From Octopus bimaculoides (Eukaryota), in contig NC_068982.1 of NCBI RefSeq assembly GCF_001194135.2, positions 96,168,218-96,202,661 of the forward strand: 34,444 nucleotides of DNA, written 5' to 3'. How positions within the stretch are numbered: position 1 is the stretch's first letter; every line of letters begins with the position of its first letter. A program made the translations under genes and the position numbers. The notes under the pieces are model-generated. The model saw only the letters and a program-made list of their open reading frames with translations, had not been told where the DNA came from and did not search any database. Below, one piece after another: positions 22,531 through 32,748 of this stretch.

Positions 22531-23127
22531 TGAGGAGGAGGCTATAGCAGTAGTTATGGTGATGGTGGAAATAAATAGTTAAGCAAAGTAATGACTGTAT
22601 TTTCAGCTTTATTGCATGGCCGCAGCTCTGAGCTGAAACTACAGCAGAAAAAAAAAATATATATCCATCATTTGGGAAATTAGTCCTGTGAACATCAGAG
22701 CTGGGATAAAAATATGAGCTGTGATATTCATATTTAAAGGAAAATTAATTGAATTTTAGTCACAGACTTGATTCACTGAGAGCTAGTTTCCACTCTTCAG
22801 TGATATCTATACATAAAGAAAATACATTTTATGCAAAATGTATTGCTAATTACCAAAAAATTGTGAGATTTATCTTGTATTTTTAAAAAATGTCGTGTAT
22901 ATTGAAAAAATTTTCTCTAAACTTTGGAAATTACTGTTTTAATTCTAAAAATTAATGAGAAGTTACATAGGTAGGTTGGAAAATGTGTCAGTCTCTTAAT
23001 TGAAAAAAACTTCACAAAGCTTGTGTAAGTGGTTTAAAACAACTAAGGATTTGGCACTTTGTATTGTCACCAATACTGTGTATATATATGGGGTCCAAAC
23101 ACTCAGTTCATGACGTTACTATTGTTG

Positions 23128-23275
23128 TTTAACCCCAGGTCAGCCCTGATCAGACAGATCTATGATCAAAAGTATTTCAGCCATTACCATTCCATTTTTT
23201 GGGGTTTTTTAAGATAACAGACGTGATTTAGGGTTATTTGGGGCTGCTATTTCAAGCAGGTCAAGTAATTCTAAA
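23128..23275 (+). repeat. Dispersed repeat of unclassified family
   Basis: TTAACCCCAGGTCAGCCCTGATCAG...TTTGGGGCTGCTATTTCAAGCAGG; related pieces near 19010-19200, 7480-7625 (reverse) and 47-80. Confidence 0.5.
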
Positions 23276-23491
23276 GGTTCTTTTGTTAAATCAGATGAGG
23301 ACAAAGACAAAAAAGTTTTGATTTTATCTTGCAAGGTCTTAGTGCTTCTAAAGAAAATCTTGGTAGAAATTAACAGTTATGACAGAAGCAAATTTAGTTG
23401 TTACTAGTAACCCAACAGTGTTGGTAAAAATTAAAATTAGTTGTTTTATCATTATCAGTTGTAATTATTATACATTATTGGCATTGTCTAG

Positions 23492-23652
23492 AACTCCAGT
23501 TGAAGTTGGAACACAAACCTGTCCATCAGTTACATTCTTGGAAAGGAGTTGTTAAACAGTTAACTGAAAAAGATCCTGAACAGGAAAAACCAGTCCTTCA
23601 GTGGCGTCGCAATGCAAAAGTCAATCTCCAAGAAGAACAGCTATTACTTTCA
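23492..23652 (+). CDS. KRIT1: KRIT1 coding exon 11 (FERM F1)
   Basis: (E)LQLKLEHKPVHQLHSWKGVVKQLTEKDPEQEKPVLQWRRNAKVNLQEEQLLLS resembles human LQLKPYHKP...DPQRETPQLFLRRDV; donor GTAAAT at 23653, so the 3' boundary is less certain; phase 1 to 0. Confidence 0.9.
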
Positions 23653-24616
23653 GTAAATTGCTTTTCTATCTTTTAGTATGAAGTCTTATTTTACTTTTAT
23701 GTTTTCTAATTTTGTTTTTCTTTTTCATCTTCATTTTCATCATCTTTTTCTCATCTTGTTTTCATCATATTTTTCATAATCTTTTTCAACTTTGTTTTAT
23801 TTATCATTTACTTCTACTCTTACAGTTTGTCATAGACTCAGCAATTAGTTCCATAAGTATTCCTTGTTCTGCCATTGGTTCATGGAAATATTTTATAAAA
23901 CTTTGAGCTTGTAATATCTCCATCACAGGTGGTGTCAGAGATATCTACTGTAGGTAAATTTAATTTAGAAGTATAGAACTGTAGTAGCACAAATATTTCA
24001 TTTTTTACTCATTGTTCATGTATTCTCTGTACATTTCTACATTATTGTAGTTGTTATCCTCTACTTACAACAGTTAATGTCTCTTAGTTCATACACAAGA
24101 GAAATTTTTTTGATTTTTCTCAAGCAGATTGATTAAACCTCTTAATTTAATGGAAGAGAAATGGTAATTGTATCCTTTGTGTCTCTCCAAAGTGTATTAG
24201 TGGCATAAATGAACTGAAATAATCAATGCAAATAAAAATTAAGTCATAAACTTTATTCAACAGACATTTATCTCCCATCTCAGGGTTTGCCACTCTCGTA
24301 TGATGGCCTTCATCTTGTTTCCTGACAAGATATTGCCTATCTCATTTTTGTCTTTATTTCTTATATTTCTCCTTATACAGAGCAGCTCACAGTAACTATG
24401 GACAATATGAAGTATGAATTTTTAGTACAGTAATTAAATTTTATTTTCTAGACTTAAGTCATTTGATTAGCTGCCATGTGTCTAGGTAGAGTCATTATGC
24501 CAATATAATTAACACACTGGTTCAGTTCCACTCATTTATCAAATATCTGACCGTTTTGGTTTTGTTTGTCAAAGCTCTTTCGTTGCTTCTTGCAACCTTT
24601 TCAGTAACTTAGTTCA

Positions 24617-24910
24617 TTATAGAGGCCGTATTTGTTTGTTTGATTGTCTGTTTGAGATTTTGTTGTGTGCATGTGCTTGTGTATGTACGTATGTATGCAT
24701 GTATGTATTATTCTGCATATTCATGTTCATGTGTGTGCGTGCGCATGCTTGTGTGCTTGTGATGGTAATACAGACAAGCAGACACACACACATGCATACA
24801 TACAAAAACATAGGCACATATGCACACACAAGGAAGCAGAGGTACACACAAGCATGCACACACACAAACACATGAATATGCAGAATACATATATACATGC
24901 ATACATGCAT
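24617..24910. repeat. Low-complexity GT/CA/ATAC microsatellite mosaic
   Basis: TG-rich half followed by a CA-rich half; it generates several spurious ORFs. Confidence 0.85.
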
Positions 24911-24914
24911 ACTT

Positions 24915-26100
24915 CTATACAGCCCCAAAACCGCTTGGCTCTCTTACCTCAGAGAAGGTCTGGATGGAAAGCACTCAGCATACAAAAAAAAAATTATGTA
25001 TGTGTATGTTGCCCAGAAGCTTGAAGAAGACAGTAGAATTAACATGAAGCGCAGCCTCTCTTGGACACAAGACCACTACATCATATCACACTTTGAAGGC
25101 TATGCATTTGCAATCCAGGAGCAGGAAATTGCCACAGAGTACCTGGTGAACAAGAGAGACAGTGACACTCTTGTAAACTCAAGGTGCAAATGCATGTGTA
25201 GGCTATGTCATGGTTCTGTGGAAGACATCTCGCATGTGATTAGCAGCTGTCTTAAAATGTCGTCACAGTACTATCTCCCTATGTGGCATGATGTCGCTAA
25301 AACAATTTACAATGTCATCCACAAAAATGTCCTGAAATAAACTTAAAGTCCCTTTGTTATGGAATACATTCATAAACACCAACTCAAGGAATATTCCCAT
25401 CAAAATTCTGTCAAAGTGTAAACATAAACTGGCTGGATATTGTTGTTGGGGACAGAGGTGCAAAGGTATGTACCATGATAGAGGTCAGTTGCCCTGCAGA
25501 TATAAATATTTCTTTGAAAATCAAAGGAAAAAAGGATATCTATGGACAACTGCTTCAAAACCTGGAGAGCCAGCAGCTGCACCAGGCTCCAATCTGATCT
25601 GGCAATATTTCTACAGCTGGATGCCCTTCCTAACGCCAACTATTCCAAGAGTTTAGTGGGTGCTTTTTACATGCCACTGGCACAGGAGCTAGTCAGGTGG
25701 ACCTGGCATCAACCACGTTCAGATGGTGCTTTTTATGTGCCACCAGCACAGGAGCCAGCCAGGGGCACCAGCCAGGGGCACCAGCCCCAGCCACAATATT
25801 GGTTTTACTTGGCTCAACAGGTCTTCTCAAGCGTATCATATCACCTGACACATCAGGGTATTCTTAACAGGGCCTGGAATGCTTAAAGGAGAATCTGGAT
25901 AAACTGGGATTTTCAGAAAGAGAAATCAACCGGCTAATTCGTACAAGTGCAATCTGTGAGTGGAACAGTAAAAATATGTAAGGCTTTTCTCAAGTTCCAA
26001 ATGTGAATTTGTCTGTGTTAACTACATCCCAAAGATGGAGCCTTGTATCTTTGTTGGAAACCGGCTCCCTACTCAGTGGAAGATTTATAATAATTAAAAA
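24915..26100 (+). mobile_element. 3' fragment of an R2-superfamily (R4/Dong-like) non-LTR retrotransposon with zinc knuckle and restriction-like endonuclease, interrupted at ~25570-25880
   Basis: SLSW...SHFEGYAFAIQEQEIATEYL; CCHC motif CRLCHGSVEDISHVISSC (25197-25250); WHDVAKTIY; frameshifted LDIVVGDRGAKVCTMIEVSCPADINISLKIKGKKDIYGQLLQNL; after the insert LKENLDKLGFSEREINRLIRT and VSGTVKICKAFLKFQM* (~26006); A/TAA-rich end. Confidence 0.85.
25570..25880 (-). mobile_element. RTE 3'-UTR/SINE fragment nested in the R4-like element
   Basis: 25608-25640 is the exact reverse complement of 21352-21384 (33 nt), with wider homology on both sides. Confidence 0.85.
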
Positions 26101-26546
26101 ATTGGAGAAACATACACATGCACACAAATGCAATAAAATCTCAGAACAAACAAACACAACCTCTATAATGGACTAAGTCACTGAGAAGGTTGCAAGAAAC
26201 AGCAAAAGTGCTTTGACAAACAAAAATAAAACATCATCACCATCGTCATCAATTGGATATTTAATAAATGAGTGGAATTGAACCAGTGTGTGTGTGTGTT
26301 AATTATATTGGCATAATGACTCTCCCTAGGCACAGCAAAATTCCAAGTTGATTCGATAAAAATATACTCTTATACCCATAAGAATTATCCCCCTTCTCTA
26401 TTCTACTACAAAACAGACATCTGCAACAGCATTCCAAAAGATAATTGTTTTATATTTTACTTAAAACGTGATGATTTATTGACTTGTTTAATTCATGGCT
26501 ATGCTCCAAAAGAATATGTTGAATAAAACGTCTTTTTCTTCACCAG

Positions 26547-26710
26547 CAAATACAGCATGAAGTTGGCATCAACCTTCTCTTCCAAGAGGCTTACCACAAC
26601 TACATTTATGGACTCTACCCATTTACTGATCAAATCAATTACTTCCTTGCTGCTTGTCTTATGTATATATTAGGTGGAAAGCAAGATCCAAACTCTGTCA
26701 AGTCATACTG
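26547..26710 (+). CDS. KRIT1: KRIT1 coding exon 12 (FERM F2)
   Basis: QIQHEVGINLLFQEAYHNYIYGLYPFTDQINYFLAACLMYILGGKQDPNSVKSY resembles human AILILFDEARYNLLKGFY...LASLLLQI; donor GTCAGT; phase 0 to 2. Confidence 0.9.
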
Positions 26711-27169
26711 GTCAGTTTATGTTGCTTATTTATTATTATCACAGTAAATAATAGGATATTGATGTAATAAGGCTTGCCTTTATTATCAGTTTACTTTAAA
26801 ATGTTCAGTAAAAATATATGTCAATTTCTATCTGAAATATTCATGAGTTAATTTCTTTCTCCCCCTCACAAGGTTAGTTCTTTGAAGGAAATAGATAAAA
26901 CTAGAATGGGTAAGAGGTAGAAAAGAAACAGATCAAGAATAGTCTAACGATACTACTTTCAAAAGTATTTCAAACATTTCATAGATAAATAAATTTTTAA
27001 ATAAAATTTAAAATATATCAAATAATATCAACAACCAATATCTAAATGAAATGTTAATCAGCTTTTTTTTTCTTTTATGAATGCATGAAATATATTTGGT
27101 TCATTTCAGCTTTCTTGCCACATTTCATTTATCCTCTACTGAATGTTTTATTTCTATTTTCTCTTTCAG

Positions 27170-27284
27170 TACAAAAAATTTGACAAAATTTCTTCCAACT
27201 TCAAAACAAAAAGTAAAAGGAAATGCCAATTATATTTTAGCCCAATATCGACAGCTTCTTGAAGATGACAGTCTTACACATACG
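27170..27284 (+). CDS. KRIT1: KRIT1 coding exon 13 (FERM F2)
   Basis: ctctttcAG; TKNLTKFLPTSKQKVKGNANYILAQYRQLLEDDSLTHT resembles human ENLKSIVP...RILHEYKNL; weak donor GTTTGA; phase 2 to 0. Confidence 0.82.
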
Positions 27285-27425
27285 GTTTGAATATTTCTCT
27301 AGCTCCTCTCTTTATTTTGTATTTGTTTTCCTCACATTTAAAGTAGTTTTTTTTTTCATTTAATATAGTTTTTTCTTGATTTTAATTTGTTTTTCTATTG
27401 TTTATTCTATTCTCTCAAATTACAG

Positions 27426-27509
27426 TCTCTCAAATTGGAATTTCTAAAGAAATGTCACACACTTCAAATATATGGATCTGCTTTTTTCTTTGGAACACTT
27501 CAAGAGCGA
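27426..27509 (+). CDS. KRIT1: KRIT1 coding exon 14 (FERM F2/F3 boundary)
   Basis: SLKLEFLKKCHTLQIYGSAFFFGTLQER resembles human [24 protein letters not shown], the FERM hallmark; donor GTATGT; phase 0 to 0. Confidence 0.93.
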
Positions 27510-27635
27510 GTATGTTGAATTTTTTTATTTTCATTTTTAAAAATTTTAAATCTACTTTTATTTCTTATTCATTTGCTAATCTTAGAATTTAGTGAGATAA
27601 TATTTAAGACTATTTCGGAAATATATATGTATATA

Positions 27636-27830
27636 ATCATCATCACATGTCCATTTTTCATGCTGGTATGGATCAGATGGTTAAACAGAAGCTGGTCAGC
27701 CAAAGGACTGCACCAAGCTCCACTGTCTTTTTTGATGTGGTTTCTATGGCACCATCACTAGTGAGGTCACTGAGTAACTTGTAAGACAAGACCCTTTGAC
27801 TAAGGGGCAAAAAAGTATTGAGGAAGGTGG
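27636..27830 (-). mobile_element. RTE-tail SINE fragment
   Basis: ATCATCATCACATGTCCATTTTTCATGCTGGTATGGATCAGATGG. Confidence 0.7.
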
Positions 27831-28429
27831 CTTTATACCAGGTGATAAGAGGTTAAAGTATGATATAAAGTATGATATAAAGACAAGAACAAGTGCAGAG
27901 GAAGTACATGGTTAACCCAGTTGGAAAAGAAAGTGGATGTTGGTAAAGATGTGTCAAGGCATACCCTCAAGCTACAGAAAGGTGGATAAAAGAGAAGTGG
28001 TGTGGGTGAGTAAGTAAATTCGTGGGAGTGTGAGAAGTGAGTAACAGATGGATAGAGATTGAGAAAGAGAGAAATACAGTGAGTGAACGCAGGTGAAGGC
28101 ACAGCCAATTACGAATGTCAGTTGAAAGCGAAGGTAGAGAAAGTAGGTGTGAGTCAGAGAGTTAAAAGGTGGCAGCAAAAATTATATGAATTGTAGGGGG
28201 TGGGGTGCAAAAGATGCACAGTACCAAAGACAAAGTCAAAGGTACATAAGTAGCAACTACAGGAGATAAACAGAGGTAATGGTGAAAGAGCTATCATTGG
28301 CAAAATAAGGTGGTATACAAGGAAAGGGGAGGTGAAAAGAGCATTTAGTGGAAAATAAGGAGCAGTAAGGAATGATACTGAGAATGTATGAGTAAAAGCA
28401 GAAGTTCCAGGGAGAATAGGCGATAGGAG

Positions 28430-28560
28430 ATATGTGCAGTTAATAAAGCTGGAGTGTTATCCCTTAATGTAGCAAGCATGTCTGTATGAATGTCTTTGGA
28501 AGTTAAACCCCTTTTCTGCAAGTACTTCATTACACTATGATGTGAAATTTTGTCCATTTT
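28430..28560 (-). mobile_element. Mariner transposase N-terminal remnant
   Basis: MDKISHHSVMKYLQKRGLTSKDIHTDMLATLRDNTPALLT matches the mariner N-terminal HTH pattern (…VIKYL.KKGL..K.IH.DM..TLGD.AP..STV). Confidence 0.8.
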
Positions 28561-28886
28561 CGAGAGAAGTCACTACTAATTACTTTTGAAGTCTCCTTTG
28601 AGCAGTCAAATATCAGTTTACCTAGGAAAAAAGAAAAACAATAAGAGTTGAAATTAATACATGCAAGATTTCACAGCTCTAGCATCACTGTTTCATAGTC
28701 AACCAAAGAACTTTTCAGCCCACTCCTGTATATCCTAGATCAATTCATCTTTTAGTTGTCCATTTGATTCTTGTACCCTTTCACATTTCATATTCTGTTT
28801 TGTCTGTAATTTCATATCCTGTCTTGGCTTGAATTTGCATTAATTAACAGTGAATAAAACAAAATGTGTAATTTCTGTCTTTGTAG

Positions 28887-28958
28887 GCAAATCGGTTTAC
28901 ACCATACCATATAGGTGTAAATGGCTTTGGTATTCATTTAATTAATGTTCAAGCAAAG
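28887..28958 (+). CDS. KRIT1: KRIT1 coding exon 15 (FERM F3)
   Basis: ANRFTPYHIGVNGFGIHLINVQAK resembles human [27 protein letters not shown]; phase 0 to 0. Confidence 0.93.
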
Positions 28959-29154
28959 GTAAGTTTTCTTAGAACTATAAAGTCTTTCCAAATTAAATTT
29001 ATTCAGTAGATTTTTTTTCAAAGTTAAGGGCCATGAAATTAACAGCCTGAAAAGAGGCTAAATACATTTAGTTTTTGCCTTCCACTCATCTCAATTAGAT
29101 TAAATTTCATAACAGTTTAAGAAAAGTTCAATAGATTTCATACTATATAATTGT

Positions 29155-29365
29155 CATCATCGTTATATAATGTCTGTTCGTCATGCTGGCATGGGCTGGA
29201 TAGTTTGACAGGATTCAAGAAGCCATAAGACTGCATCAAACTCCAGTGTCAACTTTGACATGTTTCTCTAGCTGGGTGTCTTTTCAAATGCCACCCACCT
29301 TATAGTGTCTACTGGGTGCTTTTTTTCATGCTGCAAGCACAAGTCACGAAGTAATTTGCAAGCAT
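29155..29365 (-). mobile_element. RTE-tail SINE fragment
   Basis: GTCATGCTGGCATGGGCTGGATAGTTTGACAGG...CTACTGGGTGCTTTTT. Confidence 0.7.
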
Positions 29366-29497
29366 AAGAAAAATACTAAATAGAAATTCCTTTAACATTT
29401 AAACTCTTTACAATATGGTGTCACATCTAGGGTAATTCCCTGTTAAACTATTAGCATTTGGAATGGCATCCCTCTTGTAAAAAAAATTACAGAAACT

Positions 29498-29614
29498 AAT
29501 CAGATTGGAGCCTGGTGTAGCCATCTGGTTCACCAGTCCTCAGTCAAATCGTCCAACCCATGCTAGCATGGAAAGCGGACGTTAAACGACGATGATGATG
29601 ATGATGATGATGAT
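29498..29614 (+). mobile_element. Young, very short 5'-truncated RTE-tail insertion
   Basis: Near-identical to 21393-21510 (TTCACCAGTCCTCAGTCAAATCGTCCAACCCATGCTAGCATGGAAAGCGGACGTTAAACGA...) with a (GAT)n tail. Confidence 0.92.
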
Positions 29615-30349
29615 CCCCTGCATAAGAAACAAAAGATTATAAGAAAATATATTTACTCCATAAATACTGATAGTTACTCCTCTTAAGCAAATAAAGAAAA
29701 TATGAAGCAGGGTACATAACTTTGTTGTCCTCAATCTGCCTGGCTGAAAAGTTTGAGCCCTTGCTTTACGGTCACGTGTTTAACTGCATGAAAGTGTAAA
29801 GTTATGAAAACAGATGTCATAACAATTTTCACATCAAATTTAAAAAAGCTTCCACCCCACCCAAAATTTTTGAATCACTGCTAATATTGAAGTTAGTCTT
29901 CCTCTTAAGGTGTCTCTAGATTATACAACAATATTACTGAATATCCCAGATGTTCTTTGTGAACACCTTACAAATTATTTGATCAGCCAGCTGTAAATAT
30001 TTTTGCAAGTGGAAGACATCTTATGACAAGAATTTTATTGCAATCTTTCACATGAAAAGAAAAAAGAGGTAAAAACAATGCAAAAAAACTTTAAAAATAT
30101 AAATTAACATTTAGAAAAATTAAGAAACATACAAATAAAAGCTGCCCTGATGAGGAATAAATTCAGAAATATGTATGTAAATGATAGAACATCTTCAAAT
30201 AAAATTGAGAATCATTTGAGTTTTTTTTAGAGATTTGTTGTGAGAAGGTACAAAGTTGCAGTTTTACCTTGTATTTCTATATTTGACTTAAATTTTAAGT
30301 GTAATTTTATTTCTACCTTCAAAGAAAGAAAAATGAACTTATGTATACA

Positions 30350-30965
30350 TCATCATTTTTGCATTCACCCTTTCATGCTAGCATGGGTTAGACTGCTGAT
30401 CACAACTCGATTCAGTTGTTATTTGGAGTTATTGTCCTCTGAGATGAGTTTAGGACTATGTATTGCTTACACATGCCATTTTTATAACATAGTTTCTTTA
30501 GTTGGATATCCTTCCTATTATCAGCTAATTTACTAAATGTACTAGATGGATTTTATCATGGCAACAACACTAGAGAAAGTATCTTGTCCCAGTTGTACAG
30601 CAGTTCACTGATATTTATACTCAAAAGAACATTTGTTCATGTGCTAATAAAGCAAGCGAAGGAAAGACAGTGATACAAGATGAGAAAGAGAAGTGAGAAT
30701 GAGTTAAACATTGAAATGAAATTGGTTATATCTTAACTTTTTTGAAGCATTATATATTATTTTCTTGTACATACATTAGTCCATGTTGTGTCAGCTTGAC
30801 AGGTTTGCCCCTAAACAGCTTCCTGTCATTTGCTGAAATCCTGTATCATCTCTTGTGTGAGGTTCAGCATTCTGAGGTCAGCTTTCCACATCTTTCTTGG
30901 TTTTCTTCTTTCACTGGCTCCTTCCACTTGAGTCACATGACCTTTCTTACCCTTACTGTCATCCT
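30350..30965 (-). mobile_element. Old RTE LINE 3' remnant
   Basis: Reverse strand reads GHVTQVEGASERRKPRKMWKADLRMLNLTQEM, similar to the RTE C-terminus VEG..GRGRPRKTW...DLR.L.LTE.M; tail remnant at 30350-30405. Confidence 0.75.
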
Positions 30966-31300
30966 TCATATTATATGTACAAACACTCATATATGAATGC
31001 ATGGACAAATGAAAGAAAGAAGCACTCAATACATTTGGCTATTTATTTAAAAACAGTTTGATTTGGCCCCATGCAACTTAGTTTCATAGCCACATCACAG
31101 GAACCTAGGGCCAAATCAGAAACTGTTTTTAAATAATAATAATAATAATGATAATAATAAGACCTTGGGAGACCTCTCACAGAAATAACTGGAACAAGTA
31201 AGACCAAGAGCTCTGAGAAGTAAAATATAGTAGTAGTAGTAGTAGTAGTAGTTTGAGAATAATAATATTTATATATAAGTATCTTTTTCTTTAATTTCAG

Positions 31301-31507
31301 AATTTTCCAAAAAGTTACATGTATAATGACATTAGCTGGCACTACCAAGAGTTCAATATCAACTTGCTTGAGATACGTGTAAAAAGTTCTACAGGAAGTG
31401 TGATACATCTACAAACAAAGCAAGCTGGTATCATTTATCATCTTATGACCAAGCTTAGCCGCAAGCCTGGTTCTGAGGAACAAAATGGAATTAAGAGTAT
31501 TTTATAA
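31301..31507 (+). CDS. KRIT1: KRIT1 coding exon 16 (terminal, stop TAA 31505-31507)
   Basis: tttcAG; NFPKSYMYNDISWHYQEF...HLQTKQAGIIYHLMTKLSRKPGSEEQNGIKSIL* resembles human HTKQAGLVVKLLMKL. Confidence 0.93.
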   Translation, partial: NFPKSYMYNDISWHYQEFNINLLEIRVKSSTGSVIHLQTKQAGIIYHLMTKLSRKPGSEEQNGIKSIL

Positions 31508-32069
31508 CTAAATATACTTGTACTGTGTGTGGGAATATTTGTGTAAATAAGTTTGTGTCTTAAGTGGTTTAAGCATAATATTAAATGATATCTTTCTCTC
31601 TCTCTCTGAAAGTAAGTGGGATATGTCAGGAGTGTGTGTGTGCATGTGTATCTGAGTGAGTGAGTGAAAATTTGTGTATTTGTGTAAATATGTATGCCTG
31701 AGCTGAAGTGATTTTGGTGGCAGGGTGGGGATCAAGTGGATGCAAGAGATCAATAGTTTCACATCAAATTCATTTCACAGAAATCAGTTGTGATGACTTC
31801 TGTTATATTTTGTATAAAATCAAAGAATTTAAAGAAACAGAGAGAGTGAAAGTAAGAGAAAACTGAAGAAATTTTAATTCTTGAGGCTGTGTTCCACATA
31901 ATTTATCAATTCTTCAAGTATATAAAAGTTGTTGTAACTTCTTAAATTCATAACCCTGCAGGACTCTGACATGTTTGCGGCTTTATAAATCTAAATCTGT
32001 GATCACTTTAATTTTTATACTGACTTTGTTATGTATGTGGACCACTGTTGTATGGGGCTCTTGTGTGTG

Positions 32070-32119
<50 letters not shown>

Positions 32120-32260
32120 GATACCCATTCATCTTGCATGGCCCTCACACATATGAGAAACTTCATTTGTCTTGAATGGACCCACACATGAATTCTTTCG
32201 TGTCCTGTGTGGAATCTTTACATCACATGTAAGGCTTACTCAACACCGTCCCCTTCCAGA

Positions 32261-32271
32261 AATAAAATAAA
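32261..32271 (+). promoter_or_regulatory. Candidate KRIT1 polyadenylation signal (overlapping AATAAA)
   Basis: AATAAAATAAA about 750 nt after the stop, followed by a T-rich stretch; an alternative lies at 32515-32520. The region is AT-rich, so chance occurrence is possible. Confidence 0.3.
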
Positions 32272-32579
32272 ATTTATAAATTAATGATTCTTTTTTGAAA
32301 AAGAAATTTGCTTTTCAGTCTTTATTGAAATGTTATCCAGTTTAGCAGTAACTTTTCTTATTTCTTGCTGCAAATAATTCCAATAGTTATTGTGTACCCA
32401 CCTCTGTTACATTTATCTCCTGCTTTTCATATCTTGAATGCAATTCTAAGAAATGTTCTTAGAGAAACACTCACCCATTTATTCACCTCTCTGCATCACA
32501 TCGACATATGAGCCAATAAACTTATGCAGTTTCTTTGCTTGCATAAATTGCAGCTAAATCTTTTCCACGATATTTCATC

Positions 32580-32748
32580 CAGGGCCATCTTATCATCATT
32601 ATAGACCCCCAGGCAAATAAATGCATAAGGCTCTATAGTATTTATTTATTGACAGCAGGCCACAACCTACATAGATTAGAATCGGGCCTCCAGATCTGTG
32701 GGGCCTCTTGGCAACTCTCCAGTGTTCCCATGCTTCAAGACAGCACTG
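32580..32748. mobile_element. Short hAT-like MITE (family of 9889-10027)
   Basis: Left CAGGGCCATCTTA...CCCCCAGGCAAATAAATGCA; right end on the reverse strand CAGTGCTGTCTTGAAGCATGGGAACACTGG. Confidence 0.65.

Noticed and set aside
24617-25047. Cluster of Cys/His/Val-rich ORFs on both strands
   Set aside because: Translations of GT/CA microsatellite mosaic.
32125-32225. Weak ~33-nt periodicity downstream of the stop codon
   Set aside because: Too degenerate to define a unit by eye.
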